From: a virus
Reading direction: 5' to 3' (one strand)
DNA length: 64,000 nucleotides
Virus record (IMG/VR): IMGVR_UViG_3300025383_001098
Shown here: piece by piece, positions 17,687 through 27,309 of the stretch
Layout: every line of letters begins with the position of its first letter
Position numbering within the stretch: the first letter of the stretch is position 1
Position numbers and translations under genes: made by a program
Notes under the pieces: model-generated
Databases searched by the model: none
The model's input: the letters and a program-made list of their open reading frames with translations, nothing else
What the model was told of the DNA's origin: nothing

Positions 17687-18907
17687 ATGAACGTAGGCTT
17701 TATTGGAATTGGTAAATTAGGAATGGCTTGTGCTGAAACTATGGCAAGCAAACATAATGTAACTGGTTATGATATTTACCCTAAAACAAGTGACAAGATT
17801 AAAATTGCTACCACTTTAGAAGAAGCTGTAACAGGAAAAGAATTAATTTTTATTGCTGTAGAAACACCACACGATCCCATTTATGGCGGCGAACAACCAA
17901 TTACTCATTTAAAAAATAAAGACTTTGACTATACTGTAGTAAATCAAGTATTAGCAGATGTAAATCAATATGTAAATAAAGACCAACTTGTAGTATTAAT
18001 CTCCACAGTTCTCCCTGGCACTACACGGCGTGAATTGAAGACACACATTACCAACGCTCGTTTCATTTACAATCCTTACCTCATCGCAATGGGATCAGTT
18101 GAATGGGACATGGTTAACCCAGAGATGGTTATCATTGGTACAGAAGATGGTAGCGAAACAGGCGATGCGAAATTGCTGACCGACTTCTATAAAACATTAA
18201 TGGAAAACAATCCACGTTACGTAGTGGGCACGTGGGACGAAGCGGAATGTATTAAAGTATTTTACAACACATTTATTTCAGCAAAGATAGGTCTCGTTAA
18301 TATGATACAGGATGTTGCTGTTCGGCAAGGCAACATCAATGTAGACGTAGTAACCTCAGCATTAGCACAGAGCACAATGCGTATTATGGGACCAAAGTAT
18401 ATGACAGCAGGAATGGGAGATGCAGGGCCATGTCATCCTCGTGATAACATTGCCTTGCGTTACCTTGCAGAAAACTTAGATTTGGGTTATGACATCTTTG
18501 ATACTATCATGAAAGCACGTGAAATTCAAGCAAAGAACATGGCACGTTTTATCTACGACAACAGAGAAGGTATGCCAGTGTATATTCATGGCAAAGCCTA
18601 CAAGCCCGATGTAGCATACTTAGAAGGTAGCTACAGTTTGTTAGTAGGCTACTACCTAAAGGAAATGGGCATTGATCCCGTCTACATTGATCCTTTAACA
18701 GAAGAATCAAATCCAAGGACTATTAAAGGTTGTGTGTTATTGGCACATAATAAAAAAGTTACCTATGGATATGCGGGAGTTAGTGAAACACAAGAATTAT
18801 ATTGTACATTAGAACCTTATAGTATTGTAATAGACCCGTGGAGAACTTACACAACACCTAACCAATATATAAAAGTAATCCATTATGGCAACACGCGAGT
18901 ACAATAA
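17687..18907 (+). CDS. UDP-glucose/GDP-mannose dehydrogenase family protein
   Basis: GIGKLG Rossmann motif, STVLPGT, K...N.F and G.C.P.D catalytic motif. Confidence 0.9.
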   Translation: MNVGFIGIGKLGMACAETMASKHNVTGYDIYPKTSDKIKIATTLEEAVTGKELIFIAVETPHDPIYGGEQPITHLKNKDFDYTVVNQVLADVNQYVNKDQLVVLISTVLPGTTRRELKTHITNARFIYNPYLIAMGSVEWDMVNPEMVIIGTEDGSETGDAKLLTDFYKTLMENNPRYVVGTWDEAECIKVFYNTFISAKIGLVNMIQDVAVRQGNINVDVVTSALAQSTMRIMGPKYMTAGMGDAGPCHPRDNIALRYLAENLDLGYDIFDTIMKAREIQAKNMARFIYDNREGMPVYIHGKAYKPDVAYLEGSYSLLVGYYLKEMGIDPVYIDPLTEESNPRTIKGCVLLAHNKKVTYGYAGVSETQELYCTLEPYSIVIDPWRTYTTPNQYIKVIHYGNTRVQ

Positions 18908-19403
18908 ATTTTTCATTACTCCTTTCTGGACCGACAGTTACAAAACACTTGATTACACACGTGAGGATTTTAATGATCCCGAATCTGTAGCTCGTTGGTT
19001 AGCCGAAGGATATGAAAATAATTTTGTTGGGGATATGTGCGATATGCGTAGTCCACAACCAGTCTGGAATGACCGTGTCATTCGTACATTTCAACGTTTT
19101 GGGTGGAAGGACATTGGCACCAGCTACTATCGTATGATGCCGGGCACCGTGCTACCCACACACTCAGATCTTTATAAAAAGTATATAGATCTTTTCAATC
19201 TGCAGGGGCTTGAAACTACAATTAGACGTGCTATTATATTTTTAGAAGACTGGGCTCCGGGACATTTAAGCGAAGTTGCTGGAGATGTACTAACAGAATG
19301 GCAAGCTGGCACAGTAATTGAATGGCCCTACAATACTCCTCACATGGCTGGTAATCGAGGTACAGTTCCCAGATATACTCTACAGGTCACAGGACACTTA
19401 TGA
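18885..19403 (+). CDS. 2OG-Fe(II) oxygenase-like protein
   Basis: PGTVLPTHSD...PHMAGN.G..PRYTLQV (HxD...H...R). Confidence 0.7.
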   Translation: MATREYNKFFITPFWTDSYKTLDYTREDFNDPESVARWLAEGYENNFVGDMCDMRSPQPVWNDRVIRTFQRFGWKDIGTSYYRMMPGTVLPTHSDLYKKYIDLFNLQGLETTIRRAIIFLEDWAPGHLSEVAGDVLTEWQAGTVIEWPYNTPHMAGNRGTVPRYTLQVTGHL

Positions 19404-20314
19404 TCAGCACCTATAATGAGTGGGATCCTCTAAAACGTGTAGTAGTAGGCATAGCCGATTATGCAAATTGGCCAACCAACGATCCAGTATTTGCTCTGGA
19501 AAGTGAAAAAACACTTTGGAAAGAAACTCCAGTTCCCAGCGGCCCGGTGCCACAGCATATTATCGATGAAGCCAATATAGATTTAAACATTTTAGCATCG
19601 ACTCTGGAAAGAATGAACATTGATGTTTGGCGCCCTGGTGTGATGAATTTCCAAGAAATTGGCGGTATGTATAACTATTGCCCACGCGATAGACTGTTAA
19701 TCTATGGAGATACAGTAGTAGATACTGCTATGATGTATCCTTGTAGAAATGTTGAAAGCGAAGCATTGTTTCACGTTACAAGTGTTGCTCGAGATGTAAT
19801 TTACATGCCCAGGAACGAAGGCATGATTCTTGATGCAGCTAACGTATGTAGACTAAATGATACTTGGCTATATCTTGAATCACCATCGGGTAACCGCCAG
19901 GCTTATAATTGGCTACGTGAACAATTCCCCGATGTTAAAATAGAATTATGTAATTTTTACAGTGGTGTACACATTGACAGTACCATAGTTCCTTTACGCG
20001 AAGGATTAGTCATGTTAAACGCCAGCAGGGTCAATGACAGTAATTGCCCCCGGGTGTTTAAATCCTGGGAGAAGATCTATGTTGAAGATGTAGTTCCCCA
20101 GAATTTTTATCAATATCCCTATGCAAGTAAATGGATTGCAATGAACATGTTGGTTGTAGATCCTAATACTGTTATTGTAGATGCTGCACAATCTGCTCTT
20201 ATAAAACTGTTACTCAAACACAAATTTGAAGTAATTCCTCTCAGTCTCAGACACAGTAGAACCTTAGGTGGCGGTTTCCATTGTGTGACATTAGATTTAG
20301 AACGCCGAATTTAA
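19400..20314 (+). CDS. Amidinotransferase (glycine / inosamine-phosphate StrB1-like)
   Basis: NEWDPL..VVVG, CPRD, DAAN, HIDST and GGGFHCVTLD. Confidence 0.9.
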   Translation: MISTYNEWDPLKRVVVGIADYANWPTNDPVFALESEKTLWKETPVPSGPVPQHIIDEANIDLNILASTLERMNIDVWRPGVMNFQEIGGMYNYCPRDRLLIYGDTVVDTAMMYPCRNVESEALFHVTSVARDVIYMPRNEGMILDAANVCRLNDTWLYLESPSGNRQAYNWLREQFPDVKIELCNFYSGVHIDSTIVPLREGLVMLNASRVNDSNCPRVFKSWEKIYVEDVVPQNFYQYPYASKWIAMNMLVVDPNTVIVDAAQSALIKLLLKHKFEVIPLSLRHSRTLGGGFHCVTLDLERRI

Positions 20315-20346
20315 TAAATATTTTACAATTAAATAGGGTTTATTGA

Positions 20347-21084
20347 ATGCCGACGTTTTCTAAGATATCTGATGCTAATCTATTAGCTTTTAAAAACAAT
20401 TCTCGACAAGCAGAAGTCGTAGCAAAAAAACAAGAAATACTTGACAGTATCTCTGCCTCTCATAATATAACTCCGACATCAGCATTATTTGTTGGATTTA
20501 GCAGTTTTGTACTTGCTGATTTTGCTGAAAAAATTTATATAACCAAAATTGGCACAGATGTGCAAGATTACTTAAAAAGTCAGAACATTGACTTTGAATA
20601 CATTTCTGACGCCGATTTAGAAAAATACCATAAAGCATTTCAAGTAGTTGTTGCTGTTGATGAATACTTTACCTATGCCACGGATGATCAGGATCAAAAA
20701 GATACTGTGGCAGAAATTTGTGACCTCGCCCAGGATCTTGTCATAACTACATTAAGAGACTATAAAAATCAAGACTACAAAGATCGAGAATTTAGCCAAC
20801 CAAGTTTGGTTAGAAACGATAAAGATAGTTTGATATTTTTGGAAAGTCATGTGTGGAATCCAAAAGATCGCGCTCAGTGGGACAGCATAATTTATGCTAT
20901 ATCACAGGCCACTAACGGTTTAACTACATTTGGTAAGTTTGATAGACATACTATGTATTTTAAACAGTTGGCTAATTTCAGTGCTACAGCAGGCGCCACA
21001 GACTTTTTAGTTCATAAAAACTTAATGTATAAGGGACTGGTCAAGAAAAATTACGAACACGTAATTACTATTAAATTCGATTAA
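20347..21084 (+). CDS. Hypothetical protein, possibly a degenerate class I methyltransferase fold
   Basis: Long ORF in operon; weak motif-I-like ALFVGFS. Confidence 0.4.
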   Translation: MPTFSKISDANLLAFKNNSRQAEVVAKKQEILDSISASHNITPTSALFVGFSSFVLADFAEKIYITKIGTDVQDYLKSQNIDFEYISDADLEKYHKAFQVVVAVDEYFTYATDDQDQKDTVAEICDLAQDLVITTLRDYKNQDYKDREFSQPSLVRNDKDSLIFLESHVWNPKDRAQWDSIIYAISQATNGLTTFGKFDRHTMYFKQLANFSATAGATDFLVHKNLMYKGLVKKNYEHVITIKFD

Positions 21085-21095
21085 AATGGTATTCA

Positions 21096-22328
21096 ATGGC
21101 ACTCAATGAAAGTTTTGGAAACTTAGTAGACGACATAACAAAACAGATTTTAGAACAAGTACAGAGTCAGGTACAAGGTTCGATCTCTGATGTTATCACA
21201 CGTCGTATAAATGAGTTACTTACCCCAGAGGTAATTAACACAATCATTACCTCGCAGGTTACTCAACAGATTACAAATTTTCAGCCAGACTTAACTCAAT
21301 TTGAACAAAGAATCATTGAAGCTGGCGATAGAATTATCAACACAATTAATACAGATTCGACCAACAAGATTAATGAACTTATTGTTAATAAAATCAACGG
21401 TATTAATTTAGAAGAGTTGGCAAGAACTTTTTTAGATAACAATTTAAATTCTACAGGAAAACATTTAGCATTAGTAGACAATGCTATTCCCGGCCGGGCA
21501 ATTAACACAGCAACATTAAAAATCACCGGAGACAATATTGATGGTGGCACGGTTGCTAACTTTGCCAGTACCGGCATTGATGATAAAGCAACTACTTGTC
21601 AGCTAACAATAATGGATGCTGGTACAGTATTTGAAAATACATTATATGCTCCACGAGTTGAAATCAAAGGCAACGCTCTCATTGATGGCGATTTAATTAT
21701 CACTGGTGAAATTCCTAAGAGTAGTCAAACTTATCAAAATATTATTGCTGACGTTAGTACTATTGCTGAAGCCACTCACGATCGTATACTAACAAGATTA
21801 CAAACAGAAAGTTTAGATGTTGCTCGTTTAACTCTGGGCCAAGTTCCAGTAATTGAAGGAAATACTCTGTCTGGCGTGATCCTTAACAGCAGACTTCAAA
21901 CAGTCGGTCAATTAAAAGATTTACAGACACAAGGTGAAACTTTACTAAGCGAAACGTTATATACATCAAATCGTCGTGTTGGGGTTAACACCATGGATCC
22001 TACAACTGCCTTGAGTATTTGGGATGAAGAAATTGAAATAGGCATTGGCAAACAAAGTTCAAATACAGCACAGCTCGGAACCCCAAGAGAGCAGAGTCTG
22101 GTGTTAAGTAGTAACAAACAAAAAAACATTACACTGACCGCAGACGGAACCGCCGTAATACCAAAACTACAAATTGGTAATATGGCATTTTCCAGTGCAG
22201 CAACTCCTCCCAGTTATAATGCTCCTAAGGGCACAGTGGTCTTTAATGAAAATCCAAGCCTTGGTGGTCCATTAGGATGGGTATCACTTGGTGATGCACG
22301 TTGGGCTAATTTTGGTATTATAGATTAA
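21096..22328 (+). CDS. Putative virion structural or fibre-like protein
   Basis: Coiled-coil N-terminus; S.L.TVG.L..L and RRVGVNT..P motifs; G.V.FN..P..G...GWV C-terminus typical of phage fibres. Confidence 0.5.
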   Translation: MALNESFGNLVDDITKQILEQVQSQVQGSISDVITRRINELLTPEVINTIITSQVTQQITNFQPDLTQFEQRIIEAGDRIINTINTDSTNKINELIVNKINGINLEELARTFLDNNLNSTGKHLALVDNAIPGRAINTATLKITGDNIDGGTVANFASTGIDDKATTCQLTIMDAGTVFENTLYAPRVEIKGNALIDGDLIITGEIPKSSQTYQNIIADVSTIAEATHDRILTRLQTESLDVARLTLGQVPVIEGNTLSGVILNSRLQTVGQLKDLQTQGETLLSETLYTSNRRVGVNTMDPTTALSIWDEEIEIGIGKQSSNTAQLGTPREQSLVLSSNKQKNITLTADGTAVIPKLQIGNMAFSSAATPPSYNAPKGTVVFNENPSLGGPLGWVSLGDARWANFGIID

Positions 22329-22331
22329 TCA

Positions 22332-23642
22332 ATGTTAAAAGATTCTTTTTGTTCCAGTCCCTGGTTCCACCTCCGCCTTACTTACGATGGTAGTTTTGAA
22401 GAATGCCGCTGGTATAAAAAACAAGATGCCGCATCAGTCAACTTAGCATCAACCTCTATAATGGAATTTTACAATCATGATCGTATGCGTCAGTTGCGTA
22501 CAGACTTGCTTGATGGTAAAAAGCCTGCTGGGTGTTCTACTTGCTACTACGAAGATAGTTTTAACAAACTAAGTGGCCGTCGTAGACAGCTATTAAAAAG
22601 CGGAATTACTGATAAAGATTTTGCTCTTACCGCTCGTAGTAGTCCGCACTATGATAAATTTGTTGATACTTACGACAATGATGGTATTGGTTATTATTAT
22701 CCAACTGATTTACAAATAGATCTTGGCAACACCTGTAATAGTGCCTGCATCATGTGCGATCCGTTTGCCAGCAGTCGCCTACAGCAAGAATACAAAAAAT
22801 TACATCGTATTAATAGTCAATTATTTGTTGAGCCAACTGACTATAAATCTTGGACACAAGATCCTGCAATATTAGAAAAATTTGTCAATGAGCTAACAGC
22901 CATTCCGGACATTAAGTACATACATTTTTTAGGAGGCGAGACTCTATATGATCCTGCATTCTATATAATCTGTGAGCGTCTAATTGAAGTTGGCCTGTCC
23001 AAGGAAATTATTGTTGGAACAACTACCAACGGAACAATATATGATGATCGGTTGGAATATCTAATAAAACAATTCAAAGAGTTTCACTTGGGTATCAGCA
23101 TAGAATCTGTTACAGCGTTAAATGATTACATTAGATATCCGGGGAAGATAGACAATATATTAGCCAATACAGACAAGTTTTTGGAACTAAGAAACAACTC
23201 AAGTCTTTACGTTTCTCTAAGAATAACACCAAACATTTTTACTATCAACGAAATAGATCAATTGTTTGAGTACATGATTGAAAAAAATGTCATTGCTGAA
23301 AGTTGTAATATATTATTTAAGCCCGAGTCATTGCGTATAGAGCTACTGCCAGACAATATACGTATGTCGATTACAACTAAATTAAAAAATTTAATTGAAA
23401 AATATAATTTATCCAAAACAGATCAGGTCAATGTTCGTCGTAGAGATCTGATACCCGATGTTATTGCCAATGTTGTATTAGATTATTATAATTTTATCAC
23501 TACCTACACAGTTCCTGATAATGCAGAAGAACTTAGATATCAATTAGTAGATTTTTTAAAAGCATTTGAACTTAGTAGAAACAACTCGATATTAGATTAT
23601 GCACCCGACTATGAACAATTTCTCCGACATTACGGATATTAA
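22332..23642 (+). CDS. Radical SAM protein with N-terminal twitch/SPASM-like Cys cluster
   Basis: CNSACIMC, LGGET; N-terminal C..PW...C and C..C. Confidence 0.88.
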   Translation: MLKDSFCSSPWFHLRLTYDGSFEECRWYKKQDAASVNLASTSIMEFYNHDRMRQLRTDLLDGKKPAGCSTCYYEDSFNKLSGRRRQLLKSGITDKDFALTARSSPHYDKFVDTYDNDGIGYYYPTDLQIDLGNTCNSACIMCDPFASSRLQQEYKKLHRINSQLFVEPTDYKSWTQDPAILEKFVNELTAIPDIKYIHFLGGETLYDPAFYIICERLIEVGLSKEIIVGTTTNGTIYDDRLEYLIKQFKEFHLGISIESVTALNDYIRYPGKIDNILANTDKFLELRNNSSLYVSLRITPNIFTINEIDQLFEYMIEKNVIAESCNILFKPESLRIELLPDNIRMSITTKLKNLIEKYNLSKTDQVNVRRRDLIPDVIANVVLDYYNFITTYTVPDNAEELRYQLVDFLKAFELSRNNSILDYAPDYEQFLRHYGY

Positions 23643-23982
23643 TCCCGACCAACAATTACGTGTTCGTCTGGACATAGTTACTCACGGATCTGTACACTAT
23701 AGGCTCCGTCTCAATGGGCATTTAATTTTAGACAATACTGCAGAATTGTATTTGAATTTGTTTGCACCAATACACTTACAATGTACAATTATAGATGCTG
23801 TTGGGGATTCGGCATTAGAAATCAAAAATTTATCTGTAAATAACTTAGAAGTTCTGCCACGTTATATGCATTGGGCCTCAGAACCCACTTTATGGTTAAC
23901 CAAAAATGAGTGGCTGTTCAGTGTTCGAGAACCATTTTATCCTTGGTATCACAAAATTTCTGGACAAGGTTTTATCGCTTGA
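23611..23982 (+). CDS. Hypothetical protein
   Basis: Overlaps the end of the radical SAM gene. Confidence 0.55.
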   Translation: MNNFSDITDINPDQQLRVRLDIVTHGSVHYRLRLNGHLILDNTAELYLNLFAPIHLQCTIIDAVGDSALEIKNLSVNNLEVLPRYMHWASEPTLWLTKNEWLFSVREPFYPWYHKISGQGFIA

Positions 23983-24007
23983 CCATAAAATAATATACTG
24001 CTATAAT
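23979..24007 (+). promoter_or_regulatory. Early sigma70-type promoter
   Basis: TTGACC-17-TATAAT with extended TG. Confidence 0.75.
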
Positions 24008-24013
24008 AGCGGT

Positions 24014-25084
24014 ATGACTACATTTACTACTCCACGTATCGGCTTTGCCTGCAAATGGATTGATCGTCCAGACCAAACCGAAGGCATCAAATCTACCGAC
24101 CCCGCTCGTAAATACAATACAGGTACCACTACTGTGGCCTGGTTAAACCGTCAGACACGGGCGATAGCGGAGCAGAAGTTATGGGATTTAATGGTACAAA
24201 ACATCGAGGCAACAAGACTCTTAGTGGAGCGAGTCAGTGAACTCCCAGAGTCTCTACGCATGGTGCGTCTTAGCAGTGATATTCTTCCTTGCTATACCCA
24301 TGGGGACTTTTCTGGTTATTGGATGGAACCTTCTGTTGTTTCATACGCCGAAACCCACTTTAAGAGAGTGGGAGATATTGCTCGGGCTAACGGCGTTCGC
24401 CTTAGTTTCCACCCTGGGCAGTTTACTGTTCTTGCATCAAGTAATCCTGGGATAGTCAATCGTTCAATAGAGGAGTTTGAATATCATGCAACTATGGCAC
24501 GTTGGATGGGTTTCGGAGCCCAATTCCAAGATTGTAAGATTAACGTACACATCTCAGGCCGTGAAGGGCCTGAAGGCATTAGACGTGCCTACAACCGATT
24601 GTCACCTGAAGCTCGTAACTGCATTACCATCGAAAACGAAGAAAACGCCTGGGGGTTAAATGATTGTCTTACCATTTCTGATCTTGTACCTATTGTGCTC
24701 GATATTCATCATCACTGGATACGTGAGGGAGAATACATCCTACCTGGAGACGACCGTGTTAAACGAGTTATTGATAGTTGGCGTGGTGTTCGTCCTACTT
24801 GCCATTATAGCGTTAGTCGCGAAGACGTACTTGTTGGACATGATACATCCAGGTTACCTGAGCATAAGGCACTTCTGGTAGAAGGTTACAAGAAACAGAG
24901 CCTACGTGCTCACAGTGACTTTTATTGGAATCGTGCAGTTAACGAGTGGGCAATGAGTTTTAATCAAGACTTTGATATCATGTGCGAAAGCAAAGGTAAG
25001 AATTTAGCCAGCTTTGCTTTTGCTAAAAGTAAGACGCAAACGCAGGACGAAAATACTGATCGTACCATGCTGTTGACAGCATAA
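24014..25084 (+). CDS. uvsE: UV damage endonuclease UvsE/UVDE
   Basis: RIGFAC, RLSSD, RLSFHPGQFTVL, IENEE, LDIHHH and AHSD motifs; start reassigned to MTTFTT after the promoter. Confidence 0.92.
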   Translation: MTTFTTPRIGFACKWIDRPDQTEGIKSTDPARKYNTGTTTVAWLNRQTRAIAEQKLWDLMVQNIEATRLLVERVSELPESLRMVRLSSDILPCYTHGDFSGYWMEPSVVSYAETHFKRVGDIARANGVRLSFHPGQFTVLASSNPGIVNRSIEEFEYHATMARWMGFGAQFQDCKINVHISGREGPEGIRRAYNRLSPEARNCITIENEENAWGLNDCLTISDLVPIVLDIHHHWIREGEYILPGDDRVKRVIDSWRGVRPTCHYSVSREDVLVGHDTSRLPEHKALLVEGYKKQSLRAHSDFYWNRAVNEWAMSFNQDFDIMCESKGKNLASFAFAKSKTQTQDENTDRTMLLTA

Positions 25085-26087
25085 GATTTCGATTATGCTC
25101 AACAATTGGTTTCACCTTTTCCAAAATCTCCGCCTGTGGTTGTTGCTCCAACAATTTCACTTGGTCCATAGCCAGGCTACACCGTTTTTCAAAGTCAGAC
25201 ATACTGTCATAACTTTCGTCAATGATGCCGTCAAAGGTTTTAAAGCCTAAATTGCGTAGATTTTGTAACGCACCTTGTCCGCTTAGACAAACAAATAATC
25301 TACTGCCCAGAATGGGTTTGACTGTTTTTTCTGTATAGAAACTATAATGGTTGCTATGATTAGTTTCTGCTATTAAAGTGTAGGCAGTTTGATTGTACAC
25401 GCTTAGTGGTATGATTTGACTTATGCTCATGCGATAGCCATAGTACTTGAATTGTTCAACGGTCCACTCAACCGGTCGATCTCTCTCAAGTCCTTCATCT
25501 TCCCAGACCCACTTATCGGGATCGTCGAAGTTGTTATTGTTAATCTGACCAAGATAACGTACAATATTTTTGGCAGGGTCTAATCTCGCAAATGCAAAAT
25601 CTCTGTGATTTTTCTTTCGACCAAGTAATGCGTCAAAGAAGTAGGGTTTAACGGCATAAGGATTGAGAACATCGAGTGTTTCTGGACGCACAAAACGATA
25701 AAAGTGTACTGTGGTAGTAAACCAATCATAGAATTTATGCACAGGACTGTGATCTAAATCAAAATTAAAATCGCCGCAGATAAAATAACTTACTCGAGGA
25801 TGGTCGTGCCGTTGGACTATTTCAATAGTCCGATCGTGCAATTCACTCATGAGAATAAGAACATGGTCCGCAAACCCTGTTAAATCTGTAATTTCATTAT
25901 CAAATTCAGACCTAATGGGATAGGGCATTTGTAAGCAGGCAATTTTGTATGCGTGTTTACTGTTTCGAAAAGGTTCTAAATTATTGTAGACCGTGAATCC
26001 CGAAAGGCCACATCTTGTGAAATGGAAATGAAAAAGGGCGTTTGTATTTTCAGGTACAAACACCCCTACATCAGTTTTTTGCATCAA
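25023..26087 (-). CDS. GT10-like glycosyltransferase-like protein, paralogue 3
   Basis: KP.YFDALLG..K.HR, ISQ.IP...YNQTAYT...ET and F.TEK..KP motifs, close to the 33..1037 protein. Confidence 0.6.
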   Translation of the reverse strand: MMQKTDVGVFVPENTNALFHFHFTRCGLSGFTVYNNLEPFRNSKHAYKIACLQMPYPIRSEFDNEITDLTGFADHVLILMSELHDRTIEIVQRHDHPRVSYFICGDFNFDLDHSPVHKFYDWFTTTVHFYRFVRPETLDVLNPYAVKPYFFDALLGRKKNHRDFAFARLDPAKNIVRYLGQINNNNFDDPDKWVWEDEGLERDRPVEWTVEQFKYYGYRMSISQIIPLSVYNQTAYTLIAETNHSNHYSFYTEKTVKPILGSRLFVCLSGQGALQNLRNLGFKTFDGIIDESYDSMSDFEKRCSLAMDQVKLLEQQPQAEILEKVKPIVEHNRNLMLSTAWYDQYFRPAFASYF

Positions 26088-26333
26088 TTACTTAGTGGCT
26101 TTTTTTGCCTTGGTAGATGCTTTTTTAGCGGCTGGTTTTTTAGCAGCTTGTGTTGTGGCTTTTTTAACTGTTGGTTTTTTAGCAACCTTAGCTACTTCAG
26201 CTACTGCAACCTTGACTTCAGCAACTTCTTCTTTAACGGCTTCAACTACTGTTTCTTTTTTGCTGAATGCTTTGATTAAAGTCCAAGCAACTACGGCTAC
26301 AAGTGCAATACCTACGATTAATGTAAAATCCAT
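26088..26333 (-). CDS. Membrane-anchored Lys/Ala-rich histone H1-like protein
   Basis: aggag SD, MDFTLIV TM helix, then AAKKPAAKK repeats. Confidence 0.7.
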   Translation of the reverse strand: MDFTLIVGIALVAVVAWTLIKAFSKKETVVEAVKEEVAEVKVAVAEVAKVAKKPTVKKATTQAAKKPAAKKASTKAKKATK

Positions 26334-26406
26334 TTTAACTCTCCTGTTTGAATAGATAATATTATTTAGTGATGGCTCGACCCTGAAAACTTTTTCTCCG
26401 AAAAGG

Positions 26407-26435
26407 TTGCAAAATGTTGCGTTGCACAATATAAT
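26407..26435 (+). promoter_or_regulatory. sigma70 promoter whose spacer holds a TTGC-N-TTGCA (PhaR-like) box
   Basis: TTGCAA-aatgttgcgttgcacaa-TATAAT. Confidence 0.5.
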
Positions 26436-26515
26436 CATAAATAAATGTAGCAGTACGTAAGATGCTGAATAGTTCGGGTCTTGCGATAACATTTCGCTTA
26501 ATAAAGGAAAATAAA

Positions 26516-26755
26516 ATGTTCAATTTTAAATCAGTAGTAGACCAAGTAGCAACAGCAACAAAAACACCTTTGACCTACGTTGAAGACAAGAATTTGCGTT
26601 CCAGCTTAGAAGCCGTAGTTGATGCTCAAGCTAAATTTGTAAAAACATTATTTGACACTAACTTAGATTTGTCTAAGCAAGTAGTTGAAAAGGCTAAAGA
26701 ATATGATTATTCTAAGCCATTTGCTGAATTAGCATCAGAGTTATTAGCTAAGTAA
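26516..26755 (+). CDS. Phasin-like amphipathic helical protein
   Basis: aagga SD; about 79 aa, helical, no Cys/Trp/His; VDAQAKFVK; monocistronic with its own terminator. Confidence 0.45.
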   Translation: MFNFKSVVDQVATATKTPLTYVEDKNLRSSLEAVVDAQAKFVKTLFDTNLDLSKQVVEKAKEYDYSKPFAELASELLAK

Positions 26756-26772
26756 TCTTAGTTTTAACTATC

Positions 26773-26800
26773 AAAGGGCCTTAATGGCCCTTTCTTTTTT
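26773..26800 (+). terminator. Rho-independent terminator
   Basis: aaagggcc-ttaat-ggcccttt plus T tract. Confidence 0.8.
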
Positions 26801-26855
26801 GCCTTAATTGAATAAATACTATAAATAACTGTATGCCCCATAGGAGACAAATTTC

Positions 26856-27188
26856 ATGGCAATCCAAAAGACAATAGTATACTCATGCCCAACCGGTGAT
26901 TTTGCAGATAGCAAAGCCGCAATGGACGCATTCCATGCAGCAAGTTGCAGAGGTGATGCAGATGCAATCGCCGCATCTCGTGCAATTAGCCAAAGATATT
27001 TCACAACACCTGTAGTAATGACCTGGAGCGATTCTACAAAAACACTTACAATCGTTCAAGAGTTTGCCGATGAAGCTTCTGCAACAGCGTACTATGCAGA
27101 ATACTCAGCTCATTTAGCTTCGATTACAGGCGGTGGTGACATTACCGATAATAAATTTATCATTATTAGCCCTACACAACCGGTTTAA
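26856..27188 (+). CDS. Hypothetical late protein
   Basis: TATAAATA at 26820, aggag SD, own terminator. Confidence 0.7.
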   Translation: MAIQKTIVYSCPTGDFADSKAAMDAFHAASCRGDADAIAASRAISQRYFTTPVVMTWSDSTKTLTIVQEFADEASATAYYAEYSAHLASITGGGDITDNKFIIISPTQPV

Positions 27189-27216
27189 TACACCTGTTGT
27201 AAAAAGACAACATCAC

Positions 27217-27245
27217 AAAGCCCCATATTATGGGGCTTTTTCTTT
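27217..27245 (+). terminator. Rho-independent terminator
   Basis: aaagccccata-t-tatggggcttt plus T tract. Confidence 0.8.
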
Positions 27246-27248
27246 GAG

Positions 27249-27277
27249 TTGACCTATAATTCTGTTCCTGCTATACT
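27249..27277 (+). promoter_or_regulatory. Early promoter
   Basis: TTGACC-17-TATACT with extended TG. Confidence 0.7.
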
Positions 27278-27309
27278 TAATCTAAGTTAAACAAAGTAGG
27301 ATAACAAAA

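Noticed and set aside
25023-25084. Functional significance of the 62-nt convergent overlap between uvsE and the GT-like gene
   Set aside because: The UvsE tail is non-conserved-looking read-through; such overlaps are common in compact phage genomes
27194-27212. LexA SOS box
   Set aside because: Does not fit CTGT-N8-ACAG; the conserved palindrome is TGTTG-N8-CAACA
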